DNA of 64,000 nt from the NCBI GenBank assembly GCA_963797555.1, contig CAWCPV010000003.1, positions 608,001 through 672,000 on the forward strand, given 5' to 3'. Below the pieces are notes generated by a model. It worked only from the letters and a program-made list of their open reading frames with translations. It did no database searches and had not been told where the DNA came from. The DNA is from an uncultured Gammaproteobacteria bacterium. GTDB taxonomy: Bacteria > Pseudomonadota > Gammaproteobacteria > CAWCPV01. The position numbers were made by a program, and so were the translations under genes. This document shows, one piece after another, positions 43,123 through 54,667 of the stretch. How positions within the stretch are numbered: the first letter of the stretch is position 1; each line of letters starts with the position of its first letter.

Positions 43123-43324
43123 ATAACGGCTGGGACGATGTCCTGCGACCGCGTCCGGCGCCGGTCCGGCCCTCGCCCGCGGCTCAACAACGCCTTGTCT
43201 ACCGCCGCCCGATCCTTGGCTAGAGCCGGGATGGTCGTCTGGTCGGTGAGGTCTTTCAGGTAGTTCTCGCCCAGGGCCTTTCGGGCTAGTTCGAGAAATG
43301 GATCGTGTGGGGGAGACCGCATCA

Positions 43325-43933
43325 TCATCCTGCGTTGTGCGCCTTAAGAATATCAGGATTCCGGTTGAGAACCTGCCCTACGAGCGTATCGAAGAACGAC
43401 GAAACCGGGCTTTCCAGGCTCAGGAGCTGTGGACCTGCGTTAAAGTCAACCTGCACCAGGACCGCGGCCTCGACCGTACCGGGCGTCCAGTGGGGAGGCC
43501 GCCGCCCGGACAGTGCGACGAGACGCCGATCAAGCAAAGCGCCCCACGTGCAGCCATGCTTCGTGATGGCTCGATCTTCTTCGACATTGAAGACCATGAA
43601 GTAACCGATCACGACCTCCGGAGAGTTCGTGGCCTCGCCCATTAAGTCGTCAACCCGGTTGGGGACCGTACCACCCAGGTTGGTCAGGAGCGACTTCAGT
43701 GATATCGCTAGCCGGACCTTTTCACGGTGGAACCAAGCCACATCCCAGTTCTTCTCGTGAGCAAACCCCGGGAGCCGTGGTTCGATTACTGCCCCCGCGA
43801 GCCCTCGGTGGGCCAGTTCCTGTACACAGTACCGCGCCAAGACATCCAGCCGCTTCGTGGAGGTTGTCATTCCTTCCGTACGCGCCTTGCGGTACAGGTC
43901 TTTCACGGCTGCGAACAGGGTCAGATCGGCCAC
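43325..43933 (-). CDS. PaeR7I/XhoI-like type II restriction endonuclease
   Basis: KNWDVAW..LAISLKS..NLGGTVPNRVDDLMGEA resembles the PaeR7I-family catalytic core. Confidence 0.6.
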   Translation of the reverse strand: MADLTLFAAVKDLYRKARTEGMTTSTKRLDVLARYCVQELAHRGLAGAVIEPRLPGFAHEKNWDVAWFHREKVRLAISLKSLLTNLGGTVPNRVDDLMGEATNSPEVVIGYFMVFNVEEDRAITKHGCTWGALLDRRLVALSGRRPPHWTPGTVEAAVLVQVDFNAGPQLLSLESPVSSFFDTLVGQVLNRNPDILKAHNAG

Positions 43934-44014
43934 GGTGCGTCGACTCCCAATTCTTCCGCGCCCATCACAGTCCATCATGCGCGGAAAGGGGACAGATTTA
44001 TTTGTTCGACCTCC

Positions 44015-45164
44015 TAGTGTAGTGCTTGGTAATTAACGGAACATATATGATCTATCGCTGTCCAGGGCTATGAAGCCAAGACAGGAGAGCACTGATGCGA
44101 GTAGCCCCGATGGTCCGACTGAGCGCGGAAGAACAGCGGAGCCTGAGGCGTGTGTCGCGTTCGAACACCACGAGTGTGAGGCTGGCCCGCCGAGCGCGCA
44201 TTGTGCTGTTGGCGGCGGTGGGCATGGAGAACAAGGCCATCGCGGCGGAACTCAAGATTGGGCGTGTGCAGGTTGGGCGTTGGCGGGAGCGCTATGCGCA
44301 AGGCGGGCTGGCGGCCATCGAGTGTGACCTGCCGCGCGGAGGTCGTCAGCCCAAGGTGGATGCCGCCGAGATCGTGCGACGCACGACTCAGACCCAGCCC
44401 TTAGCAGCGACACAGTGGAGTACGCGGACTGGAGTGAGCGACACCACGGTGCTGCGCGTGTGGCATGCCCATGGGCTGAAGCCGCATCGTGTCGAATCCT
44501 TCAAGGTATCGCGCGACCCGAAATTCACCGAGAAGTTGGAGGACATCGTCGGGCTGTATCTGTCCCCCCCGGAGCATGCTTTGGTGTTGTGCTGCGACGA
44601 GAAGAGTCAGGTTCAGGCGCTGGATCGTACCCAACCTGGCCTGCCGCTGAAGAAGGGGCGGGCTGCGACCATGACCCATGACTACAAGCGCCATGGCACC
44701 ACGACACTGTTTGCTGCCCTGAACACCTTGGAGGGTTCCGTGATTGCCCGCTGCGAGCCGCACCATCGCCACACGGAGTGGCTCACCTTCCTGCGCCAAA
44801 TCGACCGCGAGACGCCCAAGGACAAGGAACTGCACTTGGTCTGCGACAACTACGCCACCCACAAACATCCCAACGTTCAGAAATGGCTGGGAAAACACCC
44901 GCGTTTCCACATCCATTTCACGCCCACCTCAGCATCCTGGTTGAACATGGTCGAGCGATTCTTCCGCGACCTGACTGTGGATCGGTTGCGCCGTGGCGTG
45001 TTTCGAAGCGTCCCCGAGTTGATCCCTGCCATCAACCGCTATGTCGATGCCCACAACGCCAATCCCAAACCCTTCATCTGGACCGCCAAGGCTAAGGACA
45101 TCCTGCAGAAGGTCATCCGCGCCAACGCACGTTTAAGTTCTAAACAGAATGAAGCACTACACTA
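44015..45164 (+). mobile_element. IS630-family element, copy 1
   Basis: IRs TAGTGTAGTGCTT / AAGCACTACACTA in CTAG context (TA target). Confidence 0.93.
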
Positions 45165-45165
45165 G
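44095..45165 (+). CDS. IS630 transposase (5-aa in-frame deletion relative to copy 2)
   Basis: CCDEKSQVQA, HDYKRHGTTTLFAAL, DNYATHK, SWLNMVERFF. Confidence 0.93.
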   Translation: MRVAPMVRLSAEEQRSLRRVSRSNTTSVRLARRARIVLLAAVGMENKAIAAELKIGRVQVGRWRERYAQGGLAAIECDLPRGGRQPKVDAAEIVRRTTQTQPLAATQWSTRTGVSDTTVLRVWHAHGLKPHRVESFKVSRDPKFTEKLEDIVGLYLSPPEHALVLCCDEKSQVQALDRTQPGLPLKKGRAATMTHDYKRHGTTTLFAALNTLEGSVIARCEPHHRHTEWLTFLRQIDRETPKDKELHLVCDNYATHKHPNVQKWLGKHPRFHIHFTPTSASWLNMVERFFRDLTVDRLRRGVFRSVPELIPAINRYVDAHNANPKPFIWTAKAKDILQKVIRANARLSSKQNEALH

Positions 45166-45301
45166 CGAGGGCCAAGGGGTCGCCAGAGAGATTCTGGCGC
45201 ACAGTTTCGGGGGGAAATACAACGACCCGGGCGGGGACGGCTCGCTCGACCCCGCCCGGGTCTGGCTCAACCCTGAACTCCGCTTTCCAGAGACGCCTGG
45301 C

Positions 45302-46033
45302 CTAGTCCCGGGTATGCGCCTCGCGCTTGGCGTATTCCGGGCCACCGCCGCCCAACCAGCGATACACCCCACCGGCCATGACGGCACCGACGATCGGGGC
45401 CACCCAGAACAGCCACAACTGCGCCAGCGCCCAGCCGCCCACAAATATCGCCGGCCCGGTGCTGCGCGCGGGATTGACCGAGGTGTTGGTCACCGGGATG
45501 CTGACCAAGTGGATGAGGGTGAGCGCCAGGCCGATGGGGATCGGCGCGAAAGCCGTTTGGGACAGCTTGTCGACGGAGCCGAGGATGACCATGAGGAAGA
45601 AAAAGGTCATGACGACCTCGCACACGAGCCCCGCCCCCAGCGAATAGCCCCCGGGCGAGTGGGCGCCGTAGCCGTTGGCCGCGAACCCCCCGCTAAGGTC
45701 GAACCCCGGAGCACCGCTTGCGATCACATACAGTACCGCGGCCGCCGCGATGGCACCGAGCACCTGGGCGACGATGTACTGGACGACTTCACTCGCCGGA
45801 AACTCTCCTCCCGCCCATAACCCTATGGTCACCGCCGGGTTGAAGTGGGCTCCCGAGATCCGCCCCACGGCGAACGCCATGGTGAGCACCGTGAGCCCGA
45901 AGGCGAGCGCAACGCCGAGCAGTCCGATCCCTACACCAGGAAATTTCGCGGCCAACACGGCGCTGCCACAGCCGCCGAGCACCAGCCACAAGGTGCCGAA
46001 GAATTCAGCACCCAAGCGGTGAGACATGTTCAT
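45302..46033 (-). CDS. aqpZ: Aquaporin Z
   Basis: [31 protein letters not shown]. Confidence 0.95.
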   Translation of the reverse strand: MNMSHRLGAEFFGTLWLVLGGCGSAVLAAKFPGVGIGLLGVALAFGLTVLTMAFAVGRISGAHFNPAVTIGLWAGGEFPASEVVQYIVAQVLGAIAAAAVLYVIASGAPGFDLSGGFAANGYGAHSPGGYSLGAGLVCEVVMTFFFLMVILGSVDKLSQTAFAPIPIGLALTLIHLVSIPVTNTSVNPARSTGPAIFVGGWALAQLWLFWVAPIVGAVMAGGVYRWLGGGGPEYAKREAHTRD

Positions 46034-46382
46034 AGGATTCCCCTTGTCACATTGAAAGGCGCAAGTATAGGCGAAGGAAACAACGGGCGCATATTCGGGC
46101 AGCGCGGTCGATGCGACGCAGCAGGTCTGGTGCAATCGCCAGCCGGGCCCAGAGCATTTCCATCCACATCACGGCTATTCCGCCCTTGGGCGCCGGCCAT
46201 CCTGGCTGGGTTGACCGGGGGGCCGCGCGCAGAACCACCGGGGAGCCGGACGGTGAATGCAGCACCTGAGCGCACCGTCGCTGCGCGCTGACCGACCTCG
46301 GTCGCGCTCCATGCGCCCCGGAGGCGGAGTCGCGATCCGGGCGGACGATATGTCGCCAAGACTTCAGCGCGTGCTCACATGA

Positions 46383-46640
46383 ATGCAGACGTCGTCCGTC
46401 GGCGCACAACGAGGCCAACCTTCACTTGTTCGGATACTGGCCGGCGTGCTGATCGGCGTCGGCGCATCGCAAAAAGGACTGGCTTTCAGCTTGGGCCGGC
46501 GAACGGCTGGTGTGAGCCGCTGCTGTCGGGCGCAGTCTCCGTGCTGCTCAGCCCGGTTTCTGGGTCGTCGGACTGTTCGTGGCCGTTAAGCTGATCTTCA
46601 ACGGCTGGTGGGTACGTGCTCGTGGCGCTGCCCCGGCATG
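46383..46640 (+). pseudogene. Degenerate remnant of an HdeD/DUF308-like membrane protein
   Basis: Pieces ILAGVLIGVG / LLSGAVSVLL / LFVAVKLIFNGWW lie in different frames. Confidence 0.35.
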
Positions 46641-46843
46641 CTGCGCCGTGCCTCTGAAAACGGTCAAGACCCCGTCCCGTGATGTCTGGCGCGGTCCGGT
46701 TGCTTGCTGGAGAACGGCCCTTGTGTCTTCGCGTCATCCCGGAAATCGTCGTCACAGTGTCATGTAGTTTGGCTACGGTATATGGTACGGTCGCAGCCGT
46801 CAGCACCTGCGACCCAATCCTTACCATAAGGAGGCCCGTCGTG

Positions 46844-47697
46844 ATGAAGCGGTTGATGCTGAAATTGCCCCAGAAATCGGCGAGCACGCCGGGCTGGGGA
46901 AAACTCCCAACTCTCATGCTTGCAGCGTGCATTGCCGCCGGCAGCGCACAGGCCGCAGAAGAACGTCCGCCGCGTCACTCCCCACCCCCGTGGAGCGGGA
47001 GGCGTCCGCTCTCGCCGCGGGTACCGTCCCAGCCAATATCGAGCAGACGACGGGCGTACCGGGCGCCCCCGACGCCACAACGACTATCGACGGGCGCTAT
47101 CTGCCGAACCCGCCGCAGCCGTTCGTCGGTCGGATCGAGCTGAATGCCGCCCAGTCCAAGCCCGCCCGGCCGGCGCGGGTCGTGCCGCCAAAGGGTGCCC
47201 CGAACATTCTGCTGATCATGATCGACGACGTCGGTTTCGCTGCACCCTCCACATTCGGCGGGGTGACCCCCACCCGAGCACTCGACCGCATCGCCGCGAA
47301 CGGGTTGCGCTATACGAACTTCCATTCGACCTCGCTGTGCTCGCCTACCCGGGCGGCCCTCATCACCGGGCGCAACCACCACTCGGTGGGCTTCGGCGTC
47401 ATCTCGGAGGCGGCGACGGGCTTCCCCGGCTACGATAGCTACATCGGCAAGGACAGCGCGACCATCGGCCGCATCCTGCTGGAGAACGGCTACCGCACCG
47501 CCTGGTACGGCAAGGACCACAACACCCCGACCTGGGATGGGAGCCAGGCGGGGCCCTTCGACCAGTGGCCAACCGGCATGGGCTTCGAGCACTTCTACGG
47601 CTTCGTTGGGGGCGACGCCAGCCAGTGGGAGCCGAACCTGTGCAACGACACCAAGGCGATCTATCCTATGTCGGGCATCCCGGTTGGAATCTGATCA
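46844..47697 (+). pseudogene. Arylsulfatase N-terminal fragment
   Basis: PKGAPNILLIMIDDVGF, SLCSPTRAALITGRNHH, GKDHNTP; ends at GWNLITA. Confidence 0.85.
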
Positions 47698-47857
47698 CCG
47701 CGAGCGAGGACACCGTCGCCAAGGTCTATGACAACCTGGACTTCACGCACGCCCTCGAGGCGTTCGTGAACACCTTGCAGGGCGTCAGCATCGACGCGCT
47801 CCGCAAAGGCCTTCTGGGCGCCGCCTTGAAAGACAACGAGGTCATGAATCGAGAAAC
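47698..47857 (+). pseudogene. DUF1254-family fragment fused to the sulfatase fragment and cut by IS630
   Basis: SEDTVAKVYDNLDFTHALEAFVNTLQGVS parallels KKIYDNLDFQRAVQAY in the gene at 53392. Confidence 0.7.
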
Positions 47858-49022
47858 TAGTGTAGTGCTTGGTAATTAACGGAACATATATGATCTATCG
47901 CTGTCCAGGGCTATGAAGCCAAGACAGGAGAGCACTGATGCGAGTAGCCCCGATGGTCCGACTGAGCGCGGAAGAACAGCGGAGCCTGAGGCGTGTGTCG
48001 CGTTCGAACACCACGAGTGTGAGGCTGGCCCGCCGAGCGCGCATTGTGCTGTTGGCGGCGGTGGGCATGGAGAACAAGGCCATCGCGGCGGAACTCAAGA
48101 TTGGGCGTGTGCAGGTTGGGCGTTGGCGGGAGCGCTATGCGCAAGGCGGGCTGGCGGCCATCGAGTGTGACCTGCCGCGCGGAGGTCGTCAGCCCAAGGT
48201 GGATGCCGCCGAGATCGTGCGACGCACGACTCAGACCCAGCCCTTAGCAGCGACACAGTGGAGTACGCGGACCCTGGCTAAGGAAATGGGAGTGAGCGAC
48301 ACCACGGTGCTGCGCGTGTGGCATGCCCATGGGCTGAAGCCGCATCGTGTCGAATCCTTCAAGGTATCGCGCGACCCGAAATTCACCGAGAAGTTGGAGG
48401 ACATCGTCGGGCTGTATCTGTCCCCCCCGGAGCATGCTTTGGTGTTGTGCTGCGACGAGAAGAGTCAGGTTCAGGCGCTGGATCGTACCCAACCTGGCCT
48501 GCCGCTGAAGAAGGGGCGGGCTGCGACCATGACCCATGACTACAAGCGCCATGGCACCACGACACTGTTTGCTGCCCTGAACACCTTGGAGGGTTCCGTG
48601 ATTGCCCGCTGCGAGCCGCACCATCGCCACACGGAGTGGCTCACCTTCCTGCGCCAAATCGACCGCGAGACGCCCAAGGACAAGGAACTGCACTTGGTCT
48701 GCGACAACTACGCCACCCACAAACATCCCAACGTTCAGAAATGGCTGGGAAAACACCCGCGTTTCCACATCCATTTCACGCCCACCTCAGCATCCTGGTT
48801 GAACATGGTCGAGCGATTCTTCCGCGACCTGACTGTGGATCGGTTGCGCCGTGGCGTGTTTCGAAGCGTCCCCGAGTTGATCCCTGCCATCAACCGCTAT
48901 GTCGATGCCCACAACGCCAATCCCAAACCCTTCATCTGGACCGCCAAGGCTAAGGACATCCTGCAGAAGGTCATCCGCGCCAACGCACGTTTAAGTTCTA
49001 AACAGAATGAAGCACTACACTA
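47858..49022 (+). mobile_element. IS630-family element, copy 2
   Basis: Same IRs and near-identical sequence to copy 1. Confidence 0.93.
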
Positions 49023-49023
49023 G
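47938..49023 (+). CDS. IS630 transposase
   Basis: 361 aa, intact HTH (WSTRTLAKEMGVS) and DDE motifs. Confidence 0.94.
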   Translation: MRVAPMVRLSAEEQRSLRRVSRSNTTSVRLARRARIVLLAAVGMENKAIAAELKIGRVQVGRWRERYAQGGLAAIECDLPRGGRQPKVDAAEIVRRTTQTQPLAATQWSTRTLAKEMGVSDTTVLRVWHAHGLKPHRVESFKVSRDPKFTEKLEDIVGLYLSPPEHALVLCCDEKSQVQALDRTQPGLPLKKGRAATMTHDYKRHGTTTLFAALNTLEGSVIARCEPHHRHTEWLTFLRQIDRETPKDKELHLVCDNYATHKHPNVQKWLGKHPRFHIHFTPTSASWLNMVERFFRDLTVDRLRRGVFRSVPELIPAINRYVDAHNANPKPFIWTAKAKDILQKVIRANARLSSKQNEALH

Positions 49024-49126
49024 CGCAGTAGCGCTCCTGAGCCGGCCCACAGTGGCAACTGCGATTCCAAGTTCAATTTCTGTTCAATTCCTGTTCCCGA
49101 AATAAACCAACCAAAAGGAGAACCGT

Positions 49127-51650
49127 ATGAAAGCGAAGCGAGTAGTAACGACAGCACGTTGGGGGGCTGCGTTTGTATTCACAGCCGCCTCGTGCTTCGC
49201 GACAGAGATACAAACCACCGGCGAGCCGGGTTCGCCCAGCGCCACGACCACCATCAGCGGGGAGCAGCTCCCGCCGCCGGCCCCGAAGTTCGGCGGCGTG
49301 ATCAAGGACGACGCGCTACAGTCCAAACCCTGGTGGCCGCCGCGCGTGGTGCCGCCCAAAGGCGCGCCCAACATCCTGCTGATCATGACCGACGACGCCG
49401 GCTTCGGCGTGCCGAGCACGTTCGGCGGCGTCATTCCGACGCCGACCATGGACCGCATCGCGCAAAACGGACTGCGCTACAACCGGATATTCTCCACCTC
49501 GCTGTGCTCGCCGACGCGCGCCGCGCTGATCACCGGGCGCAACCATCACTCGGTCGGCTTCGGCGTGATTGCCGAGCAGGCCACCGGCTTCCCCGGCTAC
49601 GACAGCATCATCGGCGCGGACAACGCGACGATCGGCCGCATCCTGCGCGACAACGGCTACGCGACGAGCTGGTTCGGCAAGGACCACAACACGCCGACCT
49701 ACCAGGCCAGCCAGGTCGGGCCGTTCACCCAGTGGCCGACCGGCATGGGCTTCGACTACTTCTACGGCTTCGTCGGCGGCGACGCGAACCAGTGGGGGCC
49801 GAACCTCTTCCGCAACACGACGCAGATCTACCCGTTCGAGGGCAAGCCGCCGGGCTCATGGAACCTGGTCACCGCGATGGCCGACGACGCCATCGACTGG
49901 ATGTACCGGATTCACCAGACCGATCCCAACCAGCCGATCTTTCTCTATTACGTGCCTGGCGCCTCGCACGCGCCGCACCACCCGACGAAGGAGTGGGTGG
50001 ACAAGATCCACGCGATGCACTGTTCGACGACGGCTACGAGAAGTTGCGCGAGCGCATCTTCGCGAACCAGAAGAAGCTCGGCGTGATTCCGCAGGACGAA
50101 CAGTTGACGCCTTGGCCCAGCGACATCCTCACGCCGTGGGACAAGCTCACGCCCGAGGCGAAGAAGCTCTACATCCGGCAGGTGGAGGTGTTCGCCGCCT
50201 ACGTGGCTTACAACGACTACGAGATCGGCCGCGTGATTCAGGCGTTCGAGGACCTGGGCAAGCTCGACAACACGCTGATCATCTACCAGAACGGCGACAA
50301 CGGCACCAGCGCCGAAGGCGGGCCGGAAGGCACGTTCAGCGAGGTCGCGTTCTTCAACGGCGTCCGCCCGCCGGTGGACGTGCAGATGAAGTTCTACGAC
50401 GCCTGGGGCACCGAATTCGCCTACAACCACATGTCGGCGGGCTGGTCGTGGGCGTTCGACACGCCCTTCGACTGGTTCAAGCAGAACGCCTCCCGGCTCG
50501 GCGGCATCAACCAGAACATGGTGATCTCAGTGGCCGGCGCGCATCAAGGACAAGGGAGGCCTGCGCGAGCAGTTCATGCACGACATCGACGTCGTGCCCA
50601 CGCTGCTCGAAGTCACCGGCATCTCCGCGCCCGAATACGTGGACGGCATCAAGCAGAAGCCCATCGAGGGCACAAGCTTCGCCTACACGTTCGACGCGGC
50701 CAACGCCAAGGCGCCTTCCCGGCACAAGACCCAATACTTCGAGATGATGGGCCAATGGGCGCTCTATCACGAAGGCTGGCTGTTGAGCACCAAGGTCGAC
50801 CGCGTGCCGTGGGACGCGTTCAGTCCCGCCAACCCGGACCCGCTCAACAACCAGGTGTTCCAGCTCTACGACCTGACCAAGAACTTCAACCAGTCCGAGG
50901 ATATCGCCGCGCAGCATCCGGACAAGGTCAAGGAGATGCGGAAGATGTTCGTCGAGGAAGCGAAGAAGTATCAGGTCTTCCCGCTGGACGCGTCGGTGGG
51001 AGCCAGAGTCGCGGCTGCACGTCCGAGCCTCACCGCCGGCCTCAGCGAGTTGGTCTACACGCGGCCGATGACCGGCGTTCCGCAGGGCGATGCGCCGTAT
51101 CTGCTCGACACCTCCTACAGCCTCACGGCGGACATCACCGTGCCGGAAGGCGGCGCCGAGGGCATGATCGCGACCTCCGGCGGGCGTTTCGCGGGCTGGG
51201 GTTTCTACCTGCTCAAGGGCAAGCCGGTGTTCTGCTGGAACATGCTCGATCTCGAGTGGATCAAGTGGGAAGCGCCCGGAGGCACTCGCGCCCGGCCAGC
51301 ACACCTTGGAGTTCGACTTCAAGTATGACGGCCTCGGCGTCGGCACGATGGCGTACAACAACTTCTCCGGCATCGGCAACGGCGGCACCGGCACGCTGAA
51401 GGTGGACGGCAAGGTGGTCGACACGAAAAGGATGGAAAAAACGATCCCCATCATCCTCCAGTGGGATGAGAGCTTCGACATCGGCTCGGACACGATCACC
51501 GGCATCAACGACGAGGACTACCTGCCGCCGTTCCCGCTGACGGCGAAGTTCAACAAGCTGACGATCAAGATCGACCGTCCGCAGTTGTCGCCGGAGGACA
51601 TCAAGAAGTTGGAAGAGGGCATGAAGAAAGCCGCCCTCGGCATCGAATAA
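49127..51650 (+). CDS. Long arylsulfatase with C-terminal beta-sandwich-like extension (three apparent frameshifts)
   Basis: AAGGAG RBS, signal peptide, TDDAGF, CSPTR, HAPHH, GDNG; spread over ORFs 49127, 49159, 50576 and 51306. Confidence 0.88.
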
Positions 51651-51756
51651 CGTCGCTTCGGTTGTGAACCGCGCGGGCCGTCCCGGAAATATCCGGGCCG
51701 GCCTGCGACTTCAGACCTGGCGGCCGGGCGAGATCGAGCTGGTGCCTTAGGAGGAA

Positions 51757-53299
51757 GTGAATAACGAGGATACTGTTCCAACACTTGGTCTAGTTCTGGC
51801 TGTGACGATCGCGATCGAGCCGGCTATAGCTGACGCACAGACTCAAGGCGGCTCGCCTTCCGTCCCACCGAAGTATTCGCCCAATGTGCCAGCGAAGATC
51901 ACGACGCCTGATACGGTGACGACCCGGATTGGCACCCTGCACTTCAAGGATGGGACCCCCGATGCCGCGACGGTGCAGTTGGCCTTCGATCAGATGGACT
52001 TCGGGGGCGTCGACGCTTTCCTCAAAGGGATGTCCGCAACCTCGGTCTATGCGCTGTGCAGGGGCTTGGGGGAAGCGGGCGTCAAGCTCAACCAGGGCAT
52101 CGGCGTCACCGAGGACCTCATGGATGCCCGAACGTTGTTTCTGACGGCCAATACCACCACCGTCTACGCCCTGTTATGCATCGACCTGAAGGATGGACCA
52201 ATGGTGGTGCGGGTGCCGCCGCGAGTACTTGGTCCGGTGGACGACGCCGATTTCCGCTGGGTGACCGATGTCGGACTAACCGGCCCGGACAAGGGAGCGG
52301 GTGGCGATTATCTGTTCGTTCCACCCGGATACAAAGGGACGCTGCCGACGAAGGGTTATCACGTCGCGAGACCGCACACGAACTTGCTCCTCATGTTCTA
52401 TCGCGCCTTCGTGGAGAAGGGAGACATCGCGGCTGCGGTGGCCGGCGTCAAGGCGAAGGCGGACATCTTTCCCCTGCCCAAAGCGGCCAAGGCTCCGGAA
52501 ACCAGCGTCGTCAACATCTCGGGCGTCAAATTCAACACAATTAGCGCCAACGATTTCAGCTTCTAAGAAGGAGCTGAACGCGGTGGTGCAGAACGAGCCC
52601 GCGGACTGGGTCGATCCGGATACCGTGGGCCTGTACGCGTCTATCGGCATCCGCAAGGGACAGCTGTTCGCGCCCGACGCCCGGATGAAGAAGATTCTGG
52701 CGGACTCGGCGGCCGTGGCGAATGCCATTGCCCGCTCGAACCTGTACGCCTCGCGGGATCCGCGAACCCGGATCTACACCGACCGGCAATGGTTTACACC
52801 CTTCGTCGGCGGCAGCTATCGGTTCCTCGACGGCGCGGAGCGTCTGCTCGATGCGCGGATCATGTTCTTCTACTACGCCACGAGCATCACGCCGGCGATG
52901 ACCGAATCGCGGCCCGGCACCGGTTCCGCTTACGCAATCACCGTACGCGACGCGACCGGGAGCTACCTGGATGGCGGTCGCACCTACAAGGTGACCCTGC
53001 CGGGACCGATTCCCGCGAAAAACTTCTGGTCCTTCACGGTCTATGACAACCAGACCCGTTCGCTGCTTGCCACCGACCAAAAGCTGGCAGGACTCGACAG
53101 CACGGCTCCGGGCATCCGGATGAACCCGGACGGTGGAGTCACTATCTGGCTCGGACCCAAAGCACCGGCCGGCCAAGAAAGGAACTGGGTGCAAACGATG
53201 CCCGGCAAGGGGTACAACCTCGGCCTGCGACTCTATGGACCTCTGGAACCGTGGTTCAACAAGACCTGGCGACCCGGCGACGCCGAATTGCAGCCCTGA
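51757..53299 (+). CDS. DUF1254/DUF1214 secreted protein (frameshift near 52565)
   Basis: LTANTTTVY, DVGLTGPDKGAGGDYL, FWSFTVYDNQTRSL, NWVQTMPGKG..RLYGP. Confidence 0.85.
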
Positions 53300-53391
53300 T
53301 CCCGGCTGTTCAAGTTGTGGGGCTCAGGCTACCGCGTGCGAGTGGAGGCCAGCCCCCTGATGGAAGCAAGCACACAGTAAACGAGGCAAGC

Positions 53392-54653
53392 ATGAACGGG
53401 CGTAGGGCAATGACAGGCGGTCTTGGAGTGGTACTCGCGGCGGTCCTTTCGATGTCCGCGTCGCAAGTGGCCATGGCGCAGTCGCTCACCGGTCCGCCGG
53501 CGGATCCGCAGTTGAAGTTCTCGACGCCGATGCCGCCGGGCGTCGCCGCGCCCGACAAGATAGAAACCCGCTTCGGCACGCTGAGCTTCTCCGACGGCGT
53601 CCCGGATGAGGCCAGCACCAAGAAGATCTACGACAACCTGGACTTCCAGCGCGCGGTGCAGGCGTACTTGTTGGCGCTGCCGGTGGTGAACCAGGCGGCC
53701 AACCGCAACGGCATCCTCGCGATGGGGCCCGCGAACACGACCGTGCCGATCTGGGAAAACCTGGTGGACTCACGCACCGTCGAGCTCACCGCCAATGACA
53801 ACACCCCCTACACCTGGTTCTGGGTAGACCTGCGAAAAGGGCCGCTGGTCATCGAGGCGCCGCCGAAGGTACTCGGGCTGGTGGACGACATCTGGTACCA
53901 CTGGAACGGAGACATCGGCTTCACCGGGCCGGACAGAGGCAGGGGCGGCAAGTACCTGCTGCTGCCCCCCGGCTACAAGGGGAAAGTGCCCGAGGGCTAC
54001 TTCGTCGTGCGACCGGGTTCGTTTAGCGTATGAGCCGGCTGGCGCAGTTTCCTCGTCGATGGCAATCCCAAGCCCTGCGTCGATGAGGTCAAGAAGGTCA
54101 TGAAGATCTATCCGCTCTCTCAGGCAGCGGGCCCACCGGAACTGAGGTTCGTGAACATGTCCGGCAAGCCGTTCAACATGGTCGGTCCCGGCGACTTCCG
54201 GTTCTGGGAAATGCTCGAACAAGGTCGTGCAGGACGAACCCACCGACACGGTCGACGCAACGACGCTCGGCTTCTGGGCATCGGTGGGCATCCGGAAGGG
54301 CCAACCCTTCGCGCCGGACGAGCGCATGAAGAAGATCCTGACGGAGGCGGCGGCGTGGTGACGCGACCGGGCGCGCGCTGGGCTACCGGGTGCGCGAGAA
54401 GGCGGCCTACATCTACGACAATCGGAAGTGGAAGTATCCGTTCATCGGCGGCTACAAGTTCGAGTGGCAACCCGGCGTTCCGAACCTGAGCGCGGCGGCG
54501 ATGTTCTTCTTCTTGGCCACCGGCGTCACGCCGGCGATGGACACCAAGATCGTCGGCGAAGGCTCCACCTACCCGTGGACCGCCGTGGACGCCGACAACC
54601 ATCCGTTCGACGGCGGCAAGAACTACAAGCTTCGGTCCAACGTCACAACCTGA
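53392..54653 (+). pseudogene. DUF1254/DUF1214 protein with in-frame TGA (54031), frameshifts and truncated C-terminus
   Basis: LTANDNTPY, DIGFTGPDRGRGGKYL, ends after FDGGKNYKL. Confidence 0.8.
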
Positions 54654-54667
54654 GGAGGTCAATCACC

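Noticed and set aside
54031-54033. In-frame TGA as possible selenocysteine or recoding
   Set aside because: Context SV*AGWR suggests a TGG-to-TGA change; the gene is also frameshifted and truncated, and other genes use TGA as stop
54428-54667. N-terminal extension of the 202-aa hdeA ORF
   Set aside because: Alternative frame of the DUF1254 pseudogene; the true start is ATG 54668 with a GAGGAGG RBS and signal peptide
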